Notes under the pieces: generated by a model
Databases searched by the model: none
Seen by the model: only the letters and a program-made list of their open reading frames with translations
What the model was told of the DNA's origin: nothing
Translations under genes and position numbers: made by a program
Source: Octopus sinensis
Lineage: Eukaryota
DNA: 64,000 nucleotides
Assembly (NCBI RefSeq): GCF_006345805.1
Contig: NC_043006.1
Location: 83,948,001-84,012,000, forward strand
Reading direction: 5' to 3'
Part shown: piece after piece, positions 38,731-50,913 of the stretch
Layout of the letters: each line of letters starts with the position of its first letter
Position numbering within the stretch: the first letter of the stretch is position 1

Positions 38731-39870
38731 ATAATTGTTTCTAACAAGTCTAGTAATTTCAGGCAAGAGTAACAGCCGATGAAATCGACCCTGAAACATG
38801 GCTTAGTGGTTAGAGTGCGGACTCGGGGTCGAGGGATCGCGGGTTCGAATCCCAGTCCGGGCTATGTGTGTGTTTATGAGCGAAACACCTAAGCTCCACG
38901 CGGCTCCGACAGAAGGTAATGGCGAACTTCTGCTGACTCTTTCGCCACAACTTTCTCTCACTCTTTCCTCCTGCATCTTGCAGCTCACCTGCGACGGACC
39001 GGCGTCCTGTACAGGTGGGGAACCTATACGCCAAGGAAACCGGAAAACTGGCCCTGTGAGCCAGGCGTGGCTCGAGAAGGAACAAACAACAACAACTTTA
39101 TTTCATCGACCTCGGAAAGATGAAAGTTAAAGCTGACCTTGACGGGATTTGAAAATAAAGTACCAGGCAAGTACTGTGATCGATGTAATCGACTGACCCC
39201 TTCCCCTTAAAATTACTGGCCTTGTGCCAAAATCTGAAACTTGTTAATACGGCGAGCTGGCAGAATCGTGAGAACGTCAGGTTTTGCGATATTTGTTCCA
39301 GCAATTTACATTTGGAGTTAAAATCCTGCCGAGGTCAGCGTTGATTTTCATCCTTTCAAAATCCATAAAATAAAGTACTAATCAATTACTACGTCGATAG
39401 CATCAACTAAATCTTTCAATCTCAAAAAATACTGGCACTGCGTGAATCATCTGGTACTATCAGTGGTCAAAATGTTGTTTTAACATTCCATAGTATATTA
39501 ATGAAATGACTTATGTGCAAGTACTCTTCTGATGGCGAGCTGTCTATTGGCAGCGATAGTAGCACAGTTGGGGACGTCAAAGGGCCGGTCCAAACTAGGC
39601 AACGCTTTTATGAGAACGACACTTTTGGGTTTTCTGTATTTACTCGTATAGGAAAAGAGACGCATGAGAAGAGGCATACTCAAGAGCCGCTCCGGGTGGC
39701 ACACGGTCGAGCTACGCCAGTGGGCGACAATATTTTTTGCTGTATAAAATTTTATTGAATCACAGCAAGGTGAGGTTAAAGAGTTTTAATGAAAGGAAGG
39801 GTCGATAGAAAAGCACTGCTCTATGCGCTCGCGTGACCTGCTAGAAACAGCAACCAAATGCTCTATAAAG

Positions 39871-40087
39871 CAATGGTTCCAAAAGTGATACTATTCCCCT
39901 CTAAATGGAGTCATGGAGATAAAATCAACTAAATAATGGTTTAATTGGGTTTAATTTTACTTGTGAAATACTGTTGTTTTGAATTTGCTGCAGAAAGTGG
40001 CCTATATTTGTGGTGGTGAGTGGGGGCACTAGGAATGTAGCCAGGGTGTCAAGGGAGCCGGAGCCCCCAAAAGTTTGGAAACCACTG
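39871..40087. mobile_element. hAT (Charlie-like) MITE
   Basis: TIRs CAATGGTTCCAAAA / TTTGGAAACCACTG; 8-bp TSD CTATAAAG / CTACAGAG. Confidence 0.7.
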
Positions 40088-40538
40088 CTACAGAGGTAGC
40101 ACTATTTCAACAACAATAATATTCTACTGGCTTAGCAAAAACAAATGAAATGAAAGTAAGAACTGGACAATGTTAGTCTTTGACAGACGAAAATACGGAA
40201 CGGTCTTGTTATTGCACTGACCATATGTCCACATAATTAGAGCGATAATCTATGACCAAAATACTACTGCTGCTGCTGCTATTTGTAAATAACAGACGTG
40301 TCCCAGTTCTTGAAAACATTGGAAAACTTATGCCAGTTCAAAAAAGCCCATTATAGATGTTAAAAAGATGAAGACGGCGACGGTGGAACTGGGTGGTGGT
40401 GGTGGTGGGGATCATGACGATGATGATGAGAGTACATATATCTCTAGCTATCATATATAATCTATTAGTGAACTTTGACTTCTTCCCAGCTGCCATTTCA
40501 TTCTCTTTCGCTCTCTACTTCTCTCTTTCTTTCTACAT

Positions 40539-40599
<61 letters not shown>

Positions 40600-40600
40600 A

Positions 40601-43600
40601 TCACCTTGATCACCTTGATCGACCAGTCTGTCAGGCGTCCATTTGACACCGCTGGTCACAGCACGCTGTCCACTCCTCTCTGGATCGCGCCTTTCTCATC
40701 CACGTGATCCCAATCGTCCTCCTGAAATCGTAACTCCACCGTCGTGGAGGTCTTCCGGGTGGTCTTTTCCGCTCACGCGGGTACCACTCGACAACTGCGT
40801 GCGTCTACCGATTATCGGTGTGCCGGGCGACGTGTCCGGCCCATCTATACTTGCTACGTGTATACTCTGCGATGACATCTCTCACGCCGGACTTCTTTCT
40901 GATGATCTTGCTACTTATGTGCTCTCTCAACGAGATACCAAGCATTGACCTTTCCATGGCTCTTTGAGCCGTTACCAGTCTTTGCTCTTCTCTCTTTGTG
41001 GTAGCTCATGTTTCACTACCATATAACATTGCAGGCAGAACTGCACTGTTAATGAGGTTGGCGCGGGTGGTCCTGTCCAACCTTCCCTTGAGCACATCCC
41101 TTATGCCATTGAACGCCTTCCATCCGGCCCTTACTCTCCGTGAGATCTCCTTTTTGATATCCCGGCACATATTTACTTCCTGTCCCAGGTAGACATATTC
41201 CCTCACCTCCTCTATTTCATCACTGCCGATCACCATTCGACCTGTTGGTACATTGTCTGACCGCATGAACTTTGTTTTCATGCGGTTCATCTTGAGACCT
41301 ACTGCAGACGTTTTGATGTCGAGCTCCGTCAGCATGGTCTGAAGCTGATCCATGTTTTCAGCGATGAGTACGATGTCGTCAGCGAAACGGAGGTGAGTGA
41401 GGAGCTCGCCATTGATGTTGACACCACCTTGCCAGTCGATGCCTCTGATGATCTGTTCGAGACATGCAGTGAAAAGTTTTGGGGAGATTGTATCTCCTTG
41501 TTTCACTCCCTTCTCGACTGGCACTCGTATGGGTGATGGCAGTAGAGCTATGTCAGTGGTGCATCCGGAATTTGCCTCTCTGAGCAGCTGTACATATTGC
41601 GCTTCGATTCCTTGCCTCTGCAGCGAGTTCAGCACTGCGTTGGTTTCGACGCTATCGAAGGCCTTCTCATAATCTATAAACGCAACGCAAAGAGGCAGCT
41701 TGTACTCATTTGCTCGCTCAAGCAGTTGCGTTAGAGTAAATATATGGTCCATTGTGCTGTAGTTCTTCCGGAAGCCTGCTTGTTCCCTCGGTTGTTGTTC
41801 GTCGAGACGACGTGACAACCTGTTCAGAATTATCTCCGTGAACAGCTGTACACGTGAGACAGCAGGCATATGGGTCGGTAGTCCTTTAGATCTTCTCTGT
41901 CGCCCTTCTTATACAGCAGGATGGTATTTGACTCTTTCCACTGCGAGGGAATTCTTCCCTCGTCTAGATAGTGCGTAAATCGCTCAGCGAGGATTTTCCA
42001 GAGCTGCTCTCTGCCTGACTTTAGCACCACCGATGTTATACCGTCTTTCCTTGGAGCCTTTCCGTTTTTCATCGAGCCGATGGCTCTTTCAACCTCACTG
42101 ACAAGGATAGGTGGCACGTTTTCTTCCTGTTGGAGTGGTGGTAACGACTGGACATTTCTGGTAGACTTAAAGAGCTTGGTGTAGAAGTCTTCGCAAACTT
42201 TTCCATCTCGCTCTTCTCGTTGACCGGTATTCCATCTGTATTTTTCAGAGCCGTCACTTCCGATCTATATAGTACCATGTCCCTCTTGCATTTCTTGAGG
42301 CTCTTCTTTTCCTCTGCGGCCTTCAAGAGCTTCTCCATCCGGTATGCCTCAAAGTCTTTCTTTAGTTGCTGACGAATCACTCTGCTGAGAATGGAATATT
42401 CAAGGTGATCTTCAATAGTCCTCTTCATATTTTTCCTCTTCTCGAGTAACTTCGTAGTTTCTTCCGAGATTCTTCCCTTCTTTTCTCTTGGGCATACTCC
42501 TTTAGCCTTCCTTAAACACTCCTTCATTTTCCCTATCAGTGAGTTGTAGTCATCATCTATGTCATCTCCTTGGCACCAGTCTTCCTGCATGATGGCTTCC
42601 AGCAGCTTTGCCTCGTTGTAGACTCGGACACGTTTTCCCTTCGACGCCAAATATAACGCTATCTTCTCCCTCTTCCCGTCGATGACGACCCTCGCCCTTA
42701 CCAGACGATGATCGCTGCCGGTGTTGAATGGCGTCACGACGGAGACGTCATGTAATATGCGTCGCTTATCAACCAGGATGTAGTCGATCTCGCTTCGGTG
42801 CTTAGAGTTCGGCGATATCCAAGTCCATCTCTTCCTCTCCCTCTTCCTGAATAGGCTGTTTCCGATGTAGAGCTGCCTCGCCTCTGCCATGGTAGCCAAA
42901 CGTTCTCCTCTCTCGTTTCTCTCTCCCATGCCAAATATCCCGACGTACTCCTCTCCTTGTCGTCCATGTCAGGTCACTCTAGAGTGCTACTGGTAACATG
43001 TAATCTAGTACAACCTGTTGCATGGTCGGGACGTCGGCGACTAAACTGACAACCCCACCAGGTTCGCTTGGTGAGGAGGGTGTTGTTGGACTCCCTGTGG
43101 GATGGAAAAATAAGACCCAACAAAGGGCGGATGAACATCCAGTGTCATCAACGGCCATCCAACAAAATACCGGCCTTCCCGCCCAGCCAGTGGGATGGCG
43201 TTATCTTATGGCTAAAACAGCACGAAGAACGAAGAGAAAAAAAAAGGGCCTCAGTACCCTGCACGTCAATCGGGCCACTCCATGACGGCGGAGTGCAACT
43301 CCAGCGACGAGAGGCTGCTAAGAATCACAGGTTCCCGAAGGCCGTCATGGAACAGGACTAAACTTGCCATATGCCCCTACAACTGCAGGTCTATGGCAGG
43401 GTGGCAAGAACTGAAGCACCTAATGGAGGAGAGGAAGAAGATCAGGTGCGACGTGTTAGGGCTGTGCGAGACACGTTGCAAGAAGGAAGCGAGTATACGA
43501 TGGCAAGATGGATGCACTGTGAGATTAGGAAGAGCAGAAGGTGCTAGATCGGTCGGAGGTATCGGATTCATCGTAAGTAAGGAATGGGCTTCGAGAGTCG

Positions 43601-43813
43601 CTTTTGCCACTTCATATCATGTCATCACGGATTGGTGTACTAAATGTGAACCTCTCAGGGAAGGCCACCCTCAAGATTGTCCAGACCTATGATCCCACAA
43701 GAGCCAGCGACGACGACGAGGTGGAAGAATTCTATCGACAACTAGACAAAGGGCTGGCTATGAAGTCCACTTACACTGTCGTGATGGGAGACTTCAACGC
43801 AAAGGTTGGACAT
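40601..43813 (-). mobile_element. Near full-length RTE-clade LINE with inverted 5' segment (42971-43813 on +); ORF frameshifted
   Basis: RT motifs QAGFR, FIDYEKAFDSV, GVKQGDTISPKLF, LRFADDIVL. APE motifs DVLGLCET, MGDFNAKVG, IDYIL, SDHRLV. (TCAAGGTGA)2 tail. (CTAT)n TSD-like flanks. Confidence 0.95.
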
Positions 43814-43826
43814 CTATCTATCTATC

Positions 43827-43859
<33 letters not shown>

Positions 43860-43926
43860 ATATATATCTGTCTATCTATCTCTTTCCCCCTTTCTCTATG
43901 TGTATGTATAAAGATAGATACATGAG

Positions 43927-43959
<33 letters not shown>

Positions 43960-44167
43960 AACGTTGAGTGGAAGAAAGGGGAGAGGATGAAATGTGTGCA
44001 CACGTGTGTGTATGTATGTGTGTATGTACATACGTACGTACATAATACATATATGGAGTGTGTTGACTGCGCATATATTGCGTGTGTAATTATGGTTAAG
44101 AAGAATAAAACATCGCTGTCTCCTCTCTCTTTCTACATATATGTAGGTATATAGATAAATAGATAGA

Positions 44168-44231
<64 letters not shown>

Positions 44232-44255
44232 GGTGGTAGTAGTAGTAGTAGTAGT

Positions 44256-44288
<33 letters not shown>

Positions 44289-44289
44289 C

Positions 44290-44346
<57 letters not shown>

Positions 44347-44347
<1 letters not shown>

Positions 44348-45082
44348 AACAACTTTGGGTGGTATATAAGAAATGCCGTGGAGCCGTTGTTGAAACATAC
44401 GAAGAAGGCCGGCGTCATCAAAACTGAAAATTGTGTAATGAAAGAAATGAACGCAAAAAAAAGAACAAGCTTGGAAGGAAAAAAGAATGTACGTTCAGTT
44501 TGCAAGACATATGAACGCTGAGACAGATTCAGAGGACCGGTGGCTATGGATGTGGTGGAGTGACCTGAAGATAGAGACAGAAGTACTCATATGCGCAGCT
44601 CAAGAACAAGCGTTAAGGACCAATTATGTGAAATGTAGAATAGACAACACTACCGACAGCAACAAATGTAGAATGTGTTGTGAGAGGGGTGAAGCAATAT
44701 GGCACATCGTTAGCGAGTGCCCGAAATTGGCATAACGCGAATATAAAAGACGCCATGACAATGTGGCAAAAATGATCCATTAGGAGATCTGTGAAAATCA
44801 CTGCCTGCAAAGAGCAAAGAGGTGGTTAACCCCAGAATGAGTCACCGAGAATGAGAATTGCAAAATCCTGTGGGATACAATGATTCAGTGCGATCACCTG
44901 ACCAGACAGGAAACCGGACGTTGTTGTAGTGAATAAAAAAGAAAGAACATGCATGATAATCGACATATCAAGAATTCTTTGCAGAGTTCTTGATGCTTGA
45001 GCAGTAAACAAGTGTCACCTTAGTCTGCTGGCTGTGGGCAGCTGACACTTTCCATCATACCCAGCAAAATAAGTTGTGAGTT

Positions 45083-45084
<2 letters not shown>
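44347..45084 (+). mobile_element. R4/Dong-clade LINE 3' fragment (zinc knuckle and RLE), internally deleted
   Basis: ETEVLICAAQEQALRTNY...CRMC...IWHIVSECPKLA..YKRRHDNVA..KILWD..KPDVVVVNKKERTCMIID. Flanked by (TAG)n on the left and (TAA)n on the right. Confidence 0.88.
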
Positions 45085-45131
<47 letters not shown>

Positions 45132-45133
<2 letters not shown>

Positions 45134-45500
45134 GCAAGAGCACTCGGAGAGCGCAAACCTCCACCAAGGCAACACCAACGTCCTCTCAACGATTAACCGG
45201 AGATGATTTGTAAACTGAGAATATCTGAAATAGACTCGACTGCTCTCACAAACGAGAATACTAAAAATGAACCGGGCCGCTCTCAAAAATTTAGTAAAAA
45301 AAAACCCAGAAAAATAATCCAGAATCCTTGTCCGGTACCGGATCGATCCCAAAATCTAATCAGTTTGTGCCAGTCAGGAGACTAATCATCCCCGAAAGTT
45401 TCATCCGAATCCATCCAGTGAGATATCTTGTTCAAGGGCAAACAAACAAACAAACACGACTGAAAACAATATCTCCGCCTTCGATAAGGCGGAGATAATA
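45132..45500 (-). mobile_element. Helentron-associated/DINE-1-like non-autonomous element; second copy at 58201-58572 (+)
   Basis: Subterminal inverted repeats (ATCTCCGCC / GGCGGAG hairpin), an internal (TTTG)n tract and a 3' stem GCGCTCTC.GAGTGC. The two copies are colinear. Confidence 0.8.
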
Positions 45501-46002
45501 ATAACAACAACAACAACAACAACAATAATAATAATTTATTGATATTGAAAAGACTTCACAAACTTACTCAGAGTTCCGAGACATCTTGTTAAATTTCTTC
45601 TTATCATTTGATTTTTTTCAAATTTTCACAAGATTACTTTCAAAAAAATATAGTGCTGGAGTAGTTTTGCTTGCTAAGGACGAAAATCGCATTGATGTTT
45701 TTCCTAGAAATTGTCAATAAAGAAATTACATGCGTTTAAAGTTATGTAACCATAGCCAATCGGAAACCTCTATGACCGAAATATCGGAAGTCGCAACTGG
45801 TTGTTATCGTGGAGACGTGTACAAACAAGGATTAGACAACAAAGACGAAGACTTTACGTGGTCTTTCGACCTGCCAGAAACAGCAGCTAACTCCTCTTGA
45901 AACTATACCATAAAGTTTAAAAATTAAAAATGATGTTATATAAATTAGCTGGGTAGACTGCTTCTAAAGTAATACGGTATTAGTTTAATTGTCATTGCTC
46001 AC

Positions 46003-46696
46003 CAGTGGCGGCTCGTAGATAAAATTGGTGGGAGGGGTGATGCTTCAGAAAATTTTTAGCCGTTGTTTAATATTGCGTAAAAGGAAACAAACATATAAAA
46101 AGAATATTTATACATAGACTTGATCGGTTCGCGTTTTAGCCTCTGTCGGGTAGTGTTTAATTTGTTCACTGAACATGCCGCGAATTCCCCCTTGTTTTTC
46201 AACCCCCCCCCCACACACACACACACATACACCTAAATCACAAAATAGGGGGGGGGGGATATCTACCCTATTTTTCAAATCCTGGCAGCAACACTGAAAC
46301 TGGAAGCAGGATAATAATCTAATTCTACACTTTATTACATTCAAGAATATAAACACGTTTTTAAGCACAGCACATACGGAGTCAAAAAGAAACACTACCG
46401 TTCATCGGAACTGTGTAAACAACAGTGCTGTCTCTCCCTGGCATGAAGCTTCCTATCTCGGACATGTGAGCACGCGCACAACAGCCAAACACCGCGTACC
46501 TGAAACTGTGAAGCGCACAGTCCTATACAAGGATTGTTGTATTTTTTTCATAAACTAGGGGATGGCTACTGACATTAAGCTTAAGGATTATATAATGTAA
46601 AAGTATAAGGAAAGAATTAAAGAAAAAGAACTCATCATATTGAATGTTATCGATAATATCGAGTAGAAATAGTGGGGTGCTGCAGTTCCACCACTG
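46003..46696. mobile_element. hAT non-autonomous element
   Basis: TIRs CAGTGGCGG / CCACCACTG; 8-bp TSD TTGCTCAC / TTGTTCAC. Confidence 0.8.
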
Positions 46697-47239
46697 TTGT
46701 TCACTGTTCTACTTGATCAAGAACTGTATTTTTCCATTCATAATCCGAACACCAATGCACTGTAGTATAGTCCCAAACTCACAACGACACTAAATATGCT
46801 TATTATATGTAATCATACACTCATTATAAATGTTATGGCGGAGGTTCCTTTTTTTCATGGAGCTAAAGCGCTTGCTGAAAAGGTTGCAAGACGCAACGAA
46901 AATTTTAGGAAAATGAAAATAAGAAATAAGTGGAAATTTTACCGGTGAGTGTGTTACATTATAAGGCACAAAAAGAAAATGACTCTCCCCAGACACAACA
47001 GAACATACTCAGCGTGTTTCAGGGCAGAGTTTGTAATATTAAATATTATAAATGTGTGTCTGCAAATAAATTACAGACGCCGATGTAAATATAAAGACGC
47101 GCGCGCGAACGAGGAGTAGTTTTTACAGTAAGAACGGCTAACCTTTAAAGTTCTGTTGAAATTTCTTTAATACTTATGGTTACTACTAACACATCGGATC
47201 TTGTATTCCTAAGCGCGTCGTTATAGTATAAAGAAGCAT

Positions 47240-47690
47240 TGTTAAAAGCCGTCTCATCCGATGACCAGAAAGAGATTCGCTTACCTATGTTACTAAGGTC
47301 GTAAATATACAAGGCTAGTAATTGGAACCCTTATTAATACATTTGCAATCCTACTTCTTCCATTAGTCTCCAAAGATCTCTTTCAAGAGCTTTTAAGCCC
47401 TTAAGCGTAGGGGAACTTTTTCCTTGATTAAATTCCATACTGGGGACCGATATCGTCTCACTACGATCCGAAATTGATTTAATCCTTTCAACCCGGAATC
47501 TTTTCTCAAGATTTGCATGCATTTTTTCTAAAATTTTGGTAAAACTATATAGTGTAGATGCTTATTAGACGGTTTATGACGGTGCCAATTAAGTAGGCAC
47601 TATTTTTAGTCTGGTACATATTTGTACCTTTTGGGTTTTCTAATCTACCATGCATGTACCATATATTTCAGTGTCATCAAGCTTTCCTTT
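47240..47690 (-). mobile_element. Possible Penelope-like ORF N-terminal remnant
   Basis: MEFNQGKSSPTLKGLKALERDLWRLMEEV resembles the PLE N-terminal F.S.K.PP...LK.FE.DL motif; weak match. Confidence 0.4.
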
Positions 47691-48733
47691 TTGCCTTATT
47701 GATAGCGAGGACTGAAAAAAAATAATAAAAACATGATAAATACTGTAAAGTTGCGAGAATAAAATTGTTATGTTACCCATGACTGCGATAGGACATCCAG
47801 AATGTGACAGCTAAAGGGTAGGGGAGAGAGGAAACTGACCAGTACTTGAGTGGTATTCATTTCAGCTGAGGAGACTGGAGCAACGTGAAATGAAATGCTC
47901 AAGGACATCGGATCGCTCTGTCCAGGAATCGAACTTATTATCGTGAGTCCAACGTCCTCTAACCACTCGGTTACAGTGCTGATTTTACCGAAGCTAATGT
48001 TAAATTAATATTATTAGCTGTTAAGGCATCGAGTCGATAAAATAAAGTACCAGCCAAGCACTGAGACCGAAGTAATCAACTCGTACCCTCCTCTCAAAAT
48101 TATTGGCCCTTTTCCAAAACTATAAAAAATTACTACAAGGTGTTAACGATATATAATAAGTTATATTGTACATTAAGAATATTATTTTCTTATATGTTCG
48201 CAGGGGTGGAAATCAGAATGGCAAACTGGTAAAGGAAGGAAATACAGAAAAAGTTTATGGAAATATTAATGTCTATGTAAACCGAATAATGGTTAGTTCA
48301 CATTACTCTGTAAGGAAGCATAGGGCTGGTTTCCCGGTTCCTCTGGCGTATAAATTTCTCCCTGGGCGGGACACCGGGCCGTCGCAGGATTGTTCATTTT
48401 ATTTTTATTAGCTGGGTGCACTGGATCAACGTGAAATGAAGTGTTTAGCTCAATAACATAATGCATCGCCCGCTCCAGGAATCGAAACCTCAGTCTTTTG
48501 ATCACGAGTTCAATACCCCTAAGCACTATACCAGAATAATGGTATATGAATATGAATTATTTTTAACTTCTCCAGTTGTTTGATATGCTAGAAACAGTGG
48601 CTAAATCTACCTCAAAACTTACCCAGATTTTCGTCATGAAAGATGGAAGGACACGTTGGACAATGTGTGTGAATAGATGGTATTTCGTAAATGGAAGTTA
48701 ACCAATGCCTTCTAGACTGAGAAAAAAGGCACT

Positions 48734-48843
<110 letters not shown>

Positions 48844-49911
48844 TTCTCGACTTTGGTTAAAGTCGAGAACGTTCAGACGCTTTCAATATTCCGAAATAAA
48901 CTCTTTATTAGTTGTTGATGTCGTTGTTTGTTTATACCTGATCGGACAGACCTATGATTAAAGGCATTTCAGACATGACCATCTTGCCTTCTTAAGTATA
49001 GTTTCCCGGTTTCCTTGACCTATAGGTTCCCAACCTGGACGGGACGCCGGTCCGTCGCAGGTGAGCTGCAAGATGCAGGAGGAAAGAGTGAGAGAAAGCT
49101 GTGGCGAAAGAGTCAGCAGAAGTTCGCCCATTACCTTCTGCCAGAGCCGCGCGGAGCTTAGATGTTTCGCTCCTAAACACACACATCGCCCGGTCTGAGA
49201 TTCGAACCCGCGATCCTTCGACCGCGAGTTCGCTGCTCTAACCACTAGACCATGTGCTTCCACTCTTAAGTATAGTACAGTGCACCTAAGACCATACTAT
49301 CCAATATCTTTGTTGGCTTTTTTTTAAAGAGTATAACTTGAGGAATATTTGGTAACCATGTCTAGCAGGTCAAGCTATCACGTACTCTCTCTCTCTCTCT
49401 CTCTCTCGTTGGTTAGCGATTTTGTTACTAGCATTTGCTACTGCCATTATTTTTGTTAAAATTATTATCACTATTATTACTTAGTCGACGAGCTGGCAGA
49501 GTCGTTAGCACGCCCAGCAAAAATCCTCAGCGGCATTTCGTCTGTCTTTATGTTTCTGAGTTCAAATTCCACCCATATTGACTTTCCCTTTTATCTTTTC
49601 GGGTTATATAGAAATAAGTACCTACTGAGGACTGGGGTCAATCTAATCGACTCAGCCCCTCTCACAAACTTTCTGGCCTCGTGCCAAAATTTAAAGCTAC
49701 TATTAAGGCGATGAGCTAGCAGAGTCGTTGGCATGCCGGAGAAAATGCTTAGCGACATTTCGTCCGTCTTTACGTTCTGAGTTCAATTTTCGCCGAGGTC
49801 AACTTTGCCTTTCATCCTTTCCGTGTCGATAAATTAAGTACCAGTCAAGTGCTGGAATCGATGTGATAGACTTACCTCCTCTCGTCAAATAGTGCCTTTA
49901 GTAGAAAGAAT

Positions 49912-50334
49912 GGATCTTTTCGGTTTGAACGGCAGTTTTTACTAGCGGTGTCATATGAAATTGTCACCCATAATTATGACCCTAGTATCGATCTATTGCA
50001 TTTCAATCTGTTTTAGGGTTAGGGTTAGAGTTAGGGGTGGGGGGAAGGGTATCTTTTTTTCTTCACAAATGTAAATAAACCCAATCTGTTTCTTAAACGA
50101 GGGACATATTCATACGGCACAGAATGACTTTTTACCTCAATAGACGTCATTGATTGGTTGAAATTGCAGAAATTGAAGAAAAAAACAACAAATATCTTAC
50201 AAACTATAGAATTTTCTCAATAAAGCCAAGAGAAAAAGATGTTTTATAAACACATTCTACCAGTATACGAAGTTTAAAATTTTTTAGTTACCTAGAAATT
50301 ATGTTAAAAACTGCCGTTCAAACCGAAAAGATCC
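49912..50334. mobile_element. MITE with perfect 30-bp TIRs and internal TTAGGG repeats
   Basis: TIRs GGATCTTTTCGGTTTGAACGGCAGTTTTTA / TAAAAACTGCCGTTCAAACCGAAAAGATCC; TSD GAAAGAAT / GAAAGAAG. Confidence 0.9.
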
Positions 50335-50755
50335 GAAAGAAGTATTATTATTATTATTATTACTACTATTTTACTATAAACAATTAAAGAAAAACATCAG
50401 TCATTATATATGTATGTACGTGTGTGTATGTATACCTATATAACCACCTCCCTGGTTGGTTTCGAATGGCACATTTCTCTTCACATTGATTGATGCTTAT
50501 TGGTTCTTACTGCTAGAAAGGAACAATAACGTCCACAATAAGATTGGACCATTGGCCGCTGATCGTCATAAAGTGTGAGAAATAAATAAAATCTAGAATG
50601 TAACCAGAGCTTCGACAGAGGCTCACAATCTTATCGAAGTCTGTTTATTTGTGGTCGTATTAAATATATTTTCACTCGCCACTGCCAACGATTTCGACGT
50701 ATTTTTCTCTTTGTCTAAATATACTTCTATTTATCCATATACTTCTAATAATATC

Positions 50756-50913
50756 ATGGGAGTCAGTGATGTAGAAGAAAGGCGCCCTTTGTTACAGGCA
50801 TCTAGTGGTGTGTCTGAAGGAGAAAGCCAAGAAGACGTTGTCGAAAATTACGAAGACTCGCTAGGATTTAAGCAGTTCTATTTTCTCTCGGTATTTCAGA
50901 AGCTTTCAGACTG
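50756..50913 (+). CDS. SLC16/MCT-like transporter gene B, exon 1
   Basis: ATC-ATG-G start context. MGVSDVEERRPLLQASSGVSEGESQEDVVENYEDSLGFKQFYFLSVFQKLSD, then TG|gtaaat. Phase 2 fits exon 2. Confidence 0.78.

Noticed and set aside
42971-43300. HDV-like ribozyme in the RTE 5' UTR
   Set aside because: Hairpins are present, but I could not assemble the P1/P1.1/P2/P3 nested pseudoknot by eye. A descriptor-based search would be needed.
50013-50036. Interstitial telomere or chromosome fusion scar
   Set aside because: Only four units, and they are internal to a MITE with TIRs and a TSD.
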